DNA from: an uncultured Spirochaetota bacterium
Lineage (GTDB): Bacteria > Spirochaetota > Spirochaetia > SZUA-6 > Fen-1364
Assembly (NCBI GenBank): GCA_963734545.1
Contig: CAVTHO010000008.1
Coordinates: 736,001-800,000, forward strand
Length of the DNA stretch: 64,000 bases
Reading direction: 5' to 3'
A program made the translations under genes and the position numbers. Within the stretch, counting starts at the first letter, position 1, and every line of letters starts with the position of its first letter. The notes under the pieces are model-generated. The model was not told where the DNA came from. It did no database searches and worked only from the letters and a program-made list of their open reading frames with translations. Positions 20,832 through 30,091 of the stretch are shown here, piece after piece.

Positions 20832-21001
20832 AGGCGCATTCGGGGCGCCGCCGGGCCCGGCGGCGGATTCCACGCGCCGTGCTGTTCGTGCCTATAGACA
20901 TTCCCCCGTTGCCGTTATATCTTGCATTGACAAAACGCGGCCGTGCGCCGCGGTACGCCGCGGATTGTGTACGCCGCGGAAGCGTGTTTCAATGGGAGGG
21001 G

Positions 21002-21364
21002 ATGACAGTGGCAAAAGCACCAGCGAAAAAGGCCATAGTGAAGGTGCCCGACAAGCTTACCAGCGCCTCGATGATCGGCTACATCGCTGACAAGAGCGGC
21101 TTGGCCAGGAAAGAGGCGAAGCAGCTCCTGGAGGACCTCTTCGAGCTGATCAGCACCGGGGTGATGCGGGGAGAGCGGGTGGCCCTCGGCAAGATCGGCA
21201 AGATGTTCGTGCGGCGCAGGCCGGCGCGTGCGGCGCACCCGGGCCGCAATCCGACCACCGGCGAAACGATCATGATCGCCGCCAAGCCGGAGACCAAGGT
21301 GCCGCGATTCACCTTCAGCAAGACCTTCAAAGAGGCCGCGCTGAAGGCGAAGGTCAAGAAGTAA
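21002..21364 (+). CDS. hup: HU-family DNA-binding protein
   Basis: GRNPTTGETIMIAA, VPRFTFSKTFK. Confidence 0.92.
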   Translation: MTVAKAPAKKAIVKVPDKLTSASMIGYIADKSGLARKEAKQLLEDLFELISTGVMRGERVALGKIGKMFVRRRPARAAHPGRNPTTGETIMIAAKPETKVPRFTFSKTFKEAALKAKVKK

Positions 21365-21383
21365 CAAGGTCCGACGTTCGCGG

Positions 21384-21413
21384 GGCCGGGAAGAATGCCG
21401 ATTCTTCCCGGCC
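21384..21413. terminator. Perfect 13-bp hairpin between convergent genes, probable terminator
   Basis: GGCCGGGAAGAAT-gccg-ATTCTTCCCGGCC; no T-tract. Confidence 0.6.
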
Positions 21414-21788
21414 TCAGTGGTACAGCGCTTTCACTACCATCCGATCCGAATCCGCCAGGTCGAAGGACGCGAGCTCTTCCGGCCGCACCCAGCGTATCTC
21501 ATCATGCTCCCGCAGCGCGGGCTCCCCTTCGACGCTATCAACACGGTAGACCAGGAGCTCGAGGCTGACGCCGTCCGCCTCGAAAAACGTTGCGCAGAGG
21601 AGCTCCCCGATTTGCGCGCGGACGGAGAGCTCCTCATTCAGCTCCCTGGCCAGAGAATGCTCGGGGCTTTCACCGGGCTCGATCTTGCCGCCGGGAAACT
21701 CCCACTTGCCCCCCATGTGCTTTCCCGGCTTCCTGCGCGCAATGAGCACCTTCCCGTTTTCCTCGATGATGCCCGCCGTCACCCTCAC
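21414..21788 (-). CDS. mutT: MutT-like NUDIX hydrolase
   Basis: WEFPGGKIEPGESPEHSLARELNEEL Nudix box; GTGA overlap with nth. Confidence 0.88.
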   Translation of the reverse strand: MRVTAGIIEENGKVLIARRKPGKHMGGKWEFPGGKIEPGESPEHSLARELNEELSVRAQIGELLCATFFEADGVSLELLVYRVDSVEGEPALREHDEIRWVRPEELASFDLADSDRMVVKALYH

Positions 21789-22480
21789 CGCGACCTCCCG
21801 ACCCCGGCTCGCGCGCACCACTGCGACACGGGACAGGCGCTGCACCAGGGGGAAAGCGGGGTACAGACCGTCTGGCCGTACCTCACCAGCAGCTCGTTGA
21901 TCGAGATCCAATAGCGGCGGGGAAGGATTTTCATAAGGGCCTGCTCGGTTTGCGCCGGCTGGCGGGTGGAAACCCAGCCCATCCTGTTGGAGATGCGGTG
22001 CACGTGCGTGTCCACGCAGATCCCGGGCAGCCCGAAGCCGAGGTTGAGCACGAGGTTGGCCGTCTTTCTCCCCACTCCCGGCAGCGCCAGCAGCTCGCCC
22101 ATGTCTGCGGGCACTCTGCCCGCATGCGTGTCCAGCAGGATCCGCGCGGCCGCGCGCAGATGCTTCGCCTTGGTGTGATAGAAGCCCGCGGGATAGATGA
22201 GGCGTTCGATGCGGACCGCCGAAAGGGCGGCCAGCGCCGCGGGCGTCGGGGCCGCGGAGAGCAGGGCGTCGGACGCCTTTCGAGTCACGTCGTCCTTGGT
22301 CCGCAGTGAGATCATGGTCGCAACGAGCACACGGAAAGGGTCGCTGTTCTCGCGCGCAACCTCGGAGACGGACGGCAGGGGCCGGACGGAACCCGCCGCC
22401 AGGCGCGCGCTCATTGCATCATGGATTCGGGCCCAGGGAATGCGGCGGCCGTGGGCTGCCCTGCTACCCGGGGAGGTCAC
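21785..22480 (-). CDS. nth: Endonuclease III
   Basis: LPGVGRKTAN HhH, VDTHVHR, C-x6-C-x2-C-x5-C Fe-S motif. Confidence 0.95.
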   Translation of the reverse strand: MTSPGSRAAHGRRIPWARIHDAMSARLAAGSVRPLPSVSEVARENSDPFRVLVATMISLRTKDDVTRKASDALLSAAPTPAALAALSAVRIERLIYPAGFYHTKAKHLRAAARILLDTHAGRVPADMGELLALPGVGRKTANLVLNLGFGLPGICVDTHVHRISNRMGWVSTRQPAQTEQALMKILPRRYWISINELLVRYGQTVCTPLSPWCSACPVSQWCARAGVGRSR

Positions 22481-23004
22481 TTTGCATTGACTTTGAGCCG
22501 GGAGAAAACCAGCTCTTCGATGTCCCCCTTGCTCTTGTCCAGGGAAAAGGAGATCTCGTCGATGAGGAGCTTGAGCGCGCTGTCGTACAGCTTGCGCTCG
22601 AGAATGGGAAGCTCCTTGATCCTGCTCCTGTGATAGAGCGCGCGCACGACGTTTGCGATGTCAAGAATGCTGCCCTTCTTGAGAAGATCGAGATTCATCT
22701 GGTAGCGGAGCTTCCAGTCCGCCGGAATGGGCTCGAACTCCTCCGCAATGAGACGGAGCGCCTTCTGCGATTCCTTCTTGCCCACAATGGCGCGGATTCC
22801 CAGCTCGTCCGCCTTGTCCACCGGAACCATGATCGTCATGTCGGAGACTTCCAGGTAAACGATATAATAGAGCAGTTTCTTGTCCCGGAATGGCCTCTCC
22901 TCGATGGCGCGGATATGCCCGACGCCCTGAAGAGGGTAGACGATCTCCTGGCTCACTTTGTATTTGGTCGGTGGATGTCTCGCTGTCTTGCGGGGGGACT
23001 TCAT
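22477..23004 (-). CDS. carD: CarD-family transcription factor
   Basis: VYPLQGVGHI, MVPV, GIR, WKLRY, ERKLY. Confidence 0.92.
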   Translation of the reverse strand: MKSPRKTARHPPTKYKVSQEIVYPLQGVGHIRAIEERPFRDKKLLYYIVYLEVSDMTIMVPVDKADELGIRAIVGKKESQKALRLIAEEFEPIPADWKLRYQMNLDLLKKGSILDIANVVRALYHRSRIKELPILERKLYDSALKLLIDEISFSLDKSKGDIEELVFSRLKVNAK

Positions 23005-23138
23005 GCAAATCATTGTACCGCAGTTTGGCCCGAGGGTCAAATATCTCAGGGCCGGGGAACCCGCAAAGCTGCGGATGAAGCCCGCACGGTCGCGGATGAA
23101 CTGGCCGCAAAGGCCCGACGCGGGGTATAGTCCTCGGA

Positions 23139-23852
23139 ATGTGGAAGCTGAACGCGAAGAAGGTGCTGGCGCTGGTCGCCTTTCCCCTTGTCATTGCAGC
23201 GATAGTTGCTGCCGTGATCATCTGGCGCGACTCCCTCTGGCGGCTCTTCACGTCGCCCCAGCAGCTGCGGGAGTGGGTGGCGGCATGGGGCATATGGGCG
23301 CCGGCGATCTTCATCGCGCTCCAGGCCCTGCAGGTCATCGTATTCGTGATCCCCGGCGAGGTGCCGCAGATCGCGGGGGGCTATCTCTTCGGCGCGTGGC
23401 AGGGCTCGCTGCTTTCCGTGGTTGGGATCCTGATCGGCTCGGCGGCAAGCTTCTTCCTTTCCCGGGCGCTGGGCAGGCCCTTTGTGGCCGCGTTGTTCCC
23501 GGCTGCGCAAATCGAGAAGATCGAGAGGGTCCTGACCTCGCGGAGCGCGCGGATCGTCTTCTTCCTGCTTTTCCTCATCCCGGGCATTCCCAAGGATGTG
23601 CTGTGCTACGTGGCAGGGCTGACGCCGATGGGATTCCCCTTCTTCGCGACGGCCTCGACGCTGGGAAGGCTTCCGGGGATCGTGGGAAGCGCGGTCATCG
23701 GCAGCGCCGCGGCGTCGAGCAGGTGGGTGCTGGCCGGGGTCATCGGGGCCGTGGCCGCGGCACTCTTCGGCGCCGGAGTGATTCTCCGCCCCAGGATACA
23801 GAATTGGATCGAGCGGATAGCGGGAAAAGGCGACCCTCCTACGGGGTCTTGA
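23139..23852 (+). CDS. TVP38/TMEM64 (VTT/DedA-like) membrane protein
   Basis: LQVIVFVIPGE, GGYLFG, LIPGIPKD, GRLPG. Confidence 0.9.
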   Translation: MWKLNAKKVLALVAFPLVIAAIVAAVIIWRDSLWRLFTSPQQLREWVAAWGIWAPAIFIALQALQVIVFVIPGEVPQIAGGYLFGAWQGSLLSVVGILIGSAASFFLSRALGRPFVAALFPAAQIEKIERVLTSRSARIVFFLLFLIPGIPKDVLCYVAGLTPMGFPFFATASTLGRLPGIVGSAVIGSAAASSRWVLAGVIGAVAAALFGAGVILRPRIQNWIERIAGKGDPPTGS

Positions 23853-25038
23853 CGGCAGCCGCGAACCGCTCGCCGAACTCCTCTCCCTGTTTCAGCAGCT
23901 CCGCCGTGGGCGTCCCGCGGAACTCCAGCATTTCGGTGACCTCCCATTTCAGCGGCTCGGCCATCTTCCGGAACGCGGCCATTCCGCCCTTGCTCCAGCC
24001 ATAGCTGCCGAAGATGGCGGCCTTCTTGTTGATGACCCGCTTGAGACCGGCCATGTCGATCACCTGCGCCACCGGCGGGAAGAGGGTCCCTTCGTAGGTG
24101 GGCGCCCCGATCATGATCCCGCGCTGCGTCCACAGTGACGGAAGAATGAAGCTCACGTGCGTGCGCGCCGCGTCGAAGATCTCCACGGGAATCCCGGCCC
24201 GGGAAATCCCCTGCGCCACGGCGTTCATCATCTTCTCCGTGTTTCCATACATCGAGCCGTACACGAGCGTGACGCCCGTTTCCCCGCCGCCCTTGCTCAG
24301 CTCGGCCCACCTCCGGTACAATTCCACGATCCGGGCCGGGTCCCTGCGCCAGACAAGGCCATGGGACGGCGCGATGACCGAGAGGGGAGCGCCGGAAAGC
24401 TTCTCGATGGCCTTCAGAGTCGGGGCGCTGAACTTCGCCACGATGTTCACGAAATAGCGCAGTGCCTCCCGCTCGTAGAAGACGAGGTCGGAGCACTGAT
24501 CGTCGAAGATCGTGCCGGGGAGCGCCCCGTACCCGCCGAAGGCGTCGCAGGAAAACAGGATCTGGTCCGCGGCGTCATAGGTCACCATGGTCTCCGGCCA
24601 GTGCACGAACGGAGCGTGCACGAACTTCAACGTCCGCTTTCCCAGTGACAGCTCTTCGCCGTCCGCCACGACATGGACGTTCTCCGTGATCCCGTAGAAT
24701 GCGGCGAGCATCTCCCGCGCCTTCTCCGTTGCGAGGATCGTCAACCGGGGGGAGATGCGCGTAAAGGCCCGGATGGCGCCCGTATGGTCCGGCTCCATGT
24801 GGTTGACCACGATGTAGTCGATTTCAGAGAGGGGCACGATGGCCTCGATCTTCTCGATGTACTCGTCCGTCTTGAAGCCCTTTGCCAGGTCGATGATGAC
24901 GTTCTTCTGGTCTCGAATCAGGTAGGAGTTGTACGTCACCCCCGCTTCCGCGACCGGCCAGATCCCCTCGAACAGATCGGTGGTCCTGTCGTTGAGCCCG
25001 ATCCAGTACACATCCGGACGTATCTGTACAGACGGCAT
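23839..25038 (-). CDS. fprA: Flavodiiron protein (A-type flavoprotein)
   Basis: NHMEPDH, HWPETM, FSCDAFG, APSHG, flavodoxin YGSMYGNT. Confidence 0.95.
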   Translation of the reverse strand: MPSVQIRPDVYWIGLNDRTTDLFEGIWPVAEAGVTYNSYLIRDQKNVIIDLAKGFKTDEYIEKIEAIVPLSEIDYIVVNHMEPDHTGAIRAFTRISPRLTILATEKAREMLAAFYGITENVHVVADGEELSLGKRTLKFVHAPFVHWPETMVTYDAADQILFSCDAFGGYGALPGTIFDDQCSDLVFYEREALRYFVNIVAKFSAPTLKAIEKLSGAPLSVIAPSHGLVWRRDPARIVELYRRWAELSKGGGETGVTLVYGSMYGNTEKMMNAVAQGISRAGIPVEIFDAARTHVSFILPSLWTQRGIMIGAPTYEGTLFPPVAQVIDMAGLKRVINKKAAIFGSYGWSKGGMAAFRKMAEPLKWEVTEMLEFRGTPTAELLKQGEEFGERFAAAVKTP

Positions 25039-25120
25039 TCCCCGCTCCCTTCCTCTGCGTGTTCTGACGTATGGAGTACCACCCAAATCGCCTGCGGCGG
25101 ACATCGTCCGCCGGCGGCGA

Positions 25121-26726
25121 TCAGTTCAGCGTCATTGCGATCCCCGGAGGGGTCGTCCTGCCTTTGAACTTGATGAACTTGAACGGGTGCACATCCAGCG
25201 GATTGGAGAACCACCCGTCGATGCTTTTCGTGTTGATCAGGTTGATGGCGGGCCGATGGTCGAGGGGAAGGATGGCCGCCTTGGTGAGAAGGATCTGCTC
25301 GGCGTCCGCGAGCCTGCGGTAGCGCTTCTTGCTGTCGACGAGGGAAAGCGAATCGTTCACCGCCGCGTCATAGTCCTTGTCGGTGAAGCGCGCATCGTTG
25401 AGATTGCTGCCGGAAGTCCACAGCTGGAGGAAGGTCAGCGGATCGGCGTAGTCCCCGATCCAGGTGGAAATCCCCAGCGCATAGTCGCGTTTCTTGGTCT
25501 CTCCGTAGTAGGAGTCGGAGTCCACCTCTTTGAACGTCACGTCGAGACCGATGAGGGTCTTCCAGGCGTCCGCCATGGTCTCCACGTACTTCTTCGCGTC
25601 CGAATCCTTTCCCAGCTTCACCACCAGCGCGGGGAGCCCACTTCCATTCGGGAAAGCCCGCATCCGCGAGGAGTTTCTTCCCCTCGTCCACCTGCTGAGC
25701 GGCTATCCCCTGGACCTGCGGGTAGCCGGGTATCGCGGGTATCACGAGCTCGGAGGGAAAGAAGAACGCATCCTTGGTGCGCAGCTTGTCCCAGGGCACC
25801 AGAAGGGCAAGGGCACGACGGACCCTCCAGTCGCTCCACGGGGCCTGGTCGCAGGCGAAGAAAAAGTAGGTGGTGCCGAACATGGGGAACACTTCGAGCC
25901 TGTCGGAGGCAATCAGCTTGTCCGAGCTGATGAGAGACTGGGTGACCCACTGAATCTTCCCGGTGATATACGCGTCCGTGGCGTCGCGGGCGTCATCCAT
26001 GAAACGCACGCGGAGCTTGTCCAGCGCCACGTTGTCCGCGTCCCAGTAGGAGGGATTCTTGTCCAGGAGGATCTCCGTGTCGCTGCGGCTTCTGATCACG
26101 AACGGCCCGTTGCCGATCACCGTGCCGGCGTTCTCCCAGCCGCTGGTCCGTCGGAGCGAAGGATGGAGCGGGAGAAAGGCGATGTGCGTGAGCAGCTTCA
26201 GGAAGTGGGGGGCGGGATTCTCCAGCTCGACCTGCAGCAGGTCGGCGGAGAGCGCCTTCACCCCGACGCTGGCGCGATTCTTCACCGCGCCCGTGCGAAA
26301 CGCGCGCGCGCCCTTGATCACGTCGAAGAGGAACGAGTATTCGGCGTTGTTGGCCGGGTCCATCATGCGCAGCCAGGAGTCCACGAAATCCTGGGCGCGC
26401 ACCTTGTCGCCGTTCGAGTACGCGGCGTCGGGGCGAAGCGTGAATTTCCACATGGTGCCGTTGTCGCTGGACTGCCATTCCGATGCCACCCCCGGCTCGG
26501 GCTCGAGGGTAAGGGGATCCGAGATGACGAGGCCTTCATATATCGCCGTATAGAACTGGGACTCGAACGAAGTAAAGGTGTGCAGCGGGTCAAGGCTCAG
26601 CTTCTGGGGGATGTCGGCAATCACGAACTCCCGGATCTTCGGATTGCCGGGCGCATCCGCCGCCGGGAGAACGGCCACGCACGCAACGAGGAGGAAAAGT
26701 GCGCCCAGGACGGCTCTTTTCAGCAT
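25121..26726 (-). CDS. oppA: Peptide ABC transporter substrate-binding protein (frameshift near 25660)
   Basis: SLDP, IYEGL, FTLR..A.YSNG, GNGPF, NPSYWD, WIGDYADP. Confidence 0.9.
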
Positions 26727-26748
26727 GCAAAGAAGATAGTGCTTCGCG

Positions 26749-27417
26749 TCAGAAAATTCTATAGGGCACGAGCTCGCGCACCAGGAGCTTCACCTTTGCG
26801 CTGGTGGAAAACGCGCCGGAACCCAGAAGGGTGATCGGATCGTCCCACAGGACCACCTCTCCGTCGATCTCCCGGGGCTTGTTTATGTAGCGGCTGTTGA
26901 GGCTGCGGCGGATGGCGTCTTTGACGGCGTCCTTCAGCGATGCCATCCTGGCCGACGCTCCCTCGGTCACCATGGCCTGGCCGCGGCCCGTGGAGAGGGC
27001 GGCCGTGTTGCTCTCCCATGCAAGGCGTCTCCGTGATTCGTCGTCATTCAACGCGTAGGACATCCGGGCCCACAGCTTCGCTTCCACGATCTCCGTCTCC
27101 CGGACCTCCAGGCGCGCGCTGCCCCAGGGGATCTCCGCGACGGGCGTAAGAACGAAGCTTTCCTTGACCTGCCGCGACTGGTCCCCCGGAATGTAGGTGA
27201 AGATCCACCCGTAGATCATGGCGGAAAAAAGCACTCTGCCCTGTTCGAGCAGCTCCCGCTCCGCGGTCTTCAATGGCTTTTGCGGCTGGTCCGGCTCCAG
27301 GCGCGCGAGCGGCTGGAGCTCGATCCACGGGCGGATGAAGAGCCGGTCCACCGATTGGGCCCCGGCGCTCGTGCCGACGAGGAGGAGGAAAAGGAGTGAT
27401 CCGAGAAGTATGCGCAT
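26749..27417 (-). CDS. Secreted hypothetical protein
   Basis: Signal peptide MRILLGSLLFLLLVGTSAGAQ; good RBS. Confidence 0.7.
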   Translation of the reverse strand: MRILLGSLLFLLLVGTSAGAQSVDRLFIRPWIELQPLARLEPDQPQKPLKTAERELLEQGRVLFSAMIYGWIFTYIPGDQSRQVKESFVLTPVAEIPWGSARLEVRETEIVEAKLWARMSYALNDDESRRRLAWESNTAALSTGRGQAMVTEGASARMASLKDAVKDAIRRSLNSRYINKPREIDGEVVLWDDPITLLGSGAFSTSAKVKLLVRELVPYRIF

Positions 27418-27440
27418 CCCGCTCCTCTGAGTATCGGGTG

Positions 27441-28077
27441 CTATCTCCTGTGAAAGAAGAGGGCGATGGGATTCATGCCGTATCGCACGACCAGAAACAG
27501 GTAGCCGAAGGCCAGCCCGGCAAGATGCGTCAGGTGAGCGACGCCGGACTGGAAGTTCGTGAACTGGAGGAAAATCTCGATTCCCGCGTACGCCAGCACC
27601 GCAACGGGCGCGCGTATGGGCAGGATGCCGAAGATGAAGATCCGCGCGTCGGGGAAGAATGCGGCGAAGGCGAGAAGGAGAGCAAAGATCGCGCCGGAGG
27701 CGCCCACGATGGGAATCAATGCCCTGACCCGTGGCGGTGTTGATGAAGACAGTCGCGATCCCGGCGCCGATGCCGCACACGAAGTAGTAGAGGAGGAAAT
27801 CCGTGCTCCCCATCCGCTGCTCGAGCTGGATGCCGAAGAGAAAAAGGGCGAGCATGTTGAAGAAGATGTGGCCCCATCCGCCGTGCACGAACATGTAGGT
27901 CACAACCTGCCACCACCAGCCTTCCTGCAGCACACCCACCGGGAAAAGCCACAGGTAGCGCAGCAATCCCCGCCGGTCCATGAATCCGATGAGGAAGACG
28001 AGCACGTTCACCACGATGAGGATGATCGTCGCGTTGAAGTAGCGGTACCGGACCGGGCGGCGCAGAATGCTTGGCAT
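27441..28077 (-). CDS. Rhomboid intramembrane serine protease (frameshift near 27720)
   Basis: WQVVTYMFVH, HIFFNM, GASG, AHLTHLAG. Confidence 0.93.
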
Positions 28078-28151
28078 GGCATCAAGTTACGCCGCCTCAG
28101 GAGGGGCGTCAAGGCTTGCGTCCCCCTGCCCGCTCTGCTACCTTCAGCGCG

Positions 28152-28757
28152 ATGAAGGGGAAAGCCGATTACTACTGGAGGAAATCCAAGGAGGAAGGAT
28201 ACCCCGCCCGGTCCGTGTTCAAGCTGCAGGAAATCCAGGAGAAGTACAAGCCGCTCGGCCCGGGGAACAGGGTCCTTGACCTCGGCGCGTCGCCCGGAAG
28301 CTGGAGCCTGTTCATTCTCGACATGCTGGCGGGCGCGGGACGCGTGATTGGCGTGGACCTCAATCCGCCGGACGACAAGCTTCTCTCGCGAAAGGGCTAC
28401 CGGTTCATGCAGGGAGATTTCACCACGGCGGAACTCGCCCAGCGGATCGCAGGGGAAGGGCCGTTCGACGTGGTCGTGTCCGATGCTGCCCCTTCCACCA
28501 CCGGCAACAGGACGCTGGACACGGCCCGCTCCGCGGAGATCGCCCGCAACGTCCTGGACATCTGCGAGAAATGCCTGGTCCCGGGAGGGAACTGCGTGCT
28601 CAAGATTTTCCAGGGCGGGGAAGAGAAGGAGATTCTTGATCGTATGCGCGGGCGCTTCACCGCGGCGCGCGCCTTCAAGCCCAAGGCAAGCAGGTCGGAA
28701 TCGATGGAAACCTATTTCCTCGGGCTCGGCTTCACAGGACAATCCGGGTCCGGCTGA
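28152..28757 (+). CDS. rlmE: 23S rRNA Um2552 methyltransferase
   Basis: YPARSVFKLQE, DLGASPGSW, SDAAP, KIFQG, KPKASRSES.E. Confidence 0.95.
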   Translation: MKGKADYYWRKSKEEGYPARSVFKLQEIQEKYKPLGPGNRVLDLGASPGSWSLFILDMLAGAGRVIGVDLNPPDDKLLSRKGYRFMQGDFTTAELAQRIAGEGPFDVVVSDAAPSTTGNRTLDTARSAEIARNVLDICEKCLVPGGNCVLKIFQGGEEKEILDRMRGRFTAARAFKPKASRSESMETYFLGLGFTGQSGSG

Positions 28758-29904
28758 ACTTCGCGAGCTTCTTCTCGTCCACCTCGAAGCCTATGCCGCT
28801 GCCTCGCACGATCTCCGCCTTTCCGCCGGGGCCGAACCCGAAGCTCCGTGTCGTGACGTTCCCTGCCAGGAGCACATCGTCGTACCCCCCCTCCAGGTAG
28901 ACGGCGCGGGGAAGAAGGGATGCTGTCATCCGTCCGAGGGCGGACAGGATACCCGTCTCCCCCACCATGCAGCCAAGCTGATAGGCGAGGCCGCTCGACT
29001 CCGCTTCCCGCGCAAGGGACAGGACCCGGTGCAGGCCCCCATTCTTCGAGAGCCGCAGATTGAGCATCCGGCAGAGCCCGGAGGCGGCGATGGCGCGCAC
29101 GTCGGCCGCATCCAGGATTCCCTCGTCCGCCATGAGCACGAACCCGCGCCGGGTCATGCGCGCCGATGCCGCGGCGTTCTCCCCCGACGAGGCGGGAAAC
29201 GGCTGCTCGATGATGCGCACGCCGTGACGGCCGCAGATCTCCATCTGCGCGTCGACATCATCCGCTGCCCAGGCGCCATTGGCGTCCACACGCAGGTCGC
29301 ACGCATTACCCAGCGTTTCCCTGCAGAGCGCGAGGATCGCCTCCGTGTACGTCCTGTCCTCGCGTACCTTCACCTTGAGGTTCGGGAGGCGCATGCCGGC
29401 GCAGATGTCGAGGTAGGCGCGCGCATGCGCGAGGGGGAGAATGGGAAGGACGCCGCCGTAGATCACGGTTGTCCGGAGGGGCGTCATGCCCAGGAAAGTG
29501 TACGCATCCTCCCCGGCCTCGGAGGCGGCGAGCGCGAGCAGCGCCGTTTCCACCGCGCAGAGCAGGGGGAGCGAGCGTGAGTCGCACGCCAGGCCGTTCA
29601 GCAGGGCCAATGCATCCTGCCAGGAAATTTCTCTCTCCCGCAAAGGCGCCAGAAGAGCGGAGGTGATCCGCACTGCCTCGCGGTGGAAATCCTCCCCGCT
29701 CCCCAGCGAGCCCGAAACGTATTCCCGGACCACGCCTTCCCCGTGGCCGGTCCGTCCCCGGCCTGACAGCCTCAGAACGAGTGAATCCGAGCAGGTTCTG
29801 TCCGCGCGCGCGCCATGAGTGATGCTCAACCGGAATGGTATTTCCAGGAAATGAAGCTCCGCGGCTTCCACTCTCACGACCGGCGCTCCTTTCTTTTCGG
29901 CCAT
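28732..29904 (-). CDS. Enolase-superfamily enzyme (muconate lactonizing/epimerase subgroup), substrate unknown
   Basis: LKVKV, RVDANG, IEQPF, MADEG, NLRLSKNGG, QLGCMVGET. Confidence 0.88.
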   Translation of the reverse strand: MAEKKGAPVVRVEAAELHFLEIPFRLSITHGARADRTCSDSLVLRLSGRGRTGHGEGVVREYVSGSLGSGEDFHREAVRITSALLAPLREREISWQDALALLNGLACDSRSLPLLCAVETALLALAASEAGEDAYTFLGMTPLRTTVIYGGVLPILPLAHARAYLDICAGMRLPNLKVKVREDRTYTEAILALCRETLGNACDLRVDANGAWAADDVDAQMEICGRHGVRIIEQPFPASSGENAAASARMTRRGFVLMADEGILDAADVRAIAASGLCRMLNLRLSKNGGLHRVLSLAREAESSGLAYQLGCMVGETGILSALGRMTASLLPRAVYLEGGYDDVLLAGNVTTRSFGFGPGGKAEIVRGSGIGFEVDEKKLAKFSRTRIVL

Positions 29905-30091
29905 GCTAACCGCCTCGACGCCCAAAAACAAGTCGGTTCTCCCGCCAGGCCATCCGGCCGAAAAGTATGTGACTACGATACAATCAACTGAATACAATCG
30001 AAATGCCTGAGTTCTCTATCATTTCCCGCTTTCTATGTTACAATCGTGCGAGGGCCCCGCTGCCCCACACTACAAGCCTGAAGGAATTTGC

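Noticed and set aside
26749-28077. Rhomboid fused to a secreted protein (442-aa ORF)
   Set aside because: Artefact of the frameshift near 27720; the rhomboid C-terminus is in another frame and the downstream gene has its own RBS and signal peptide
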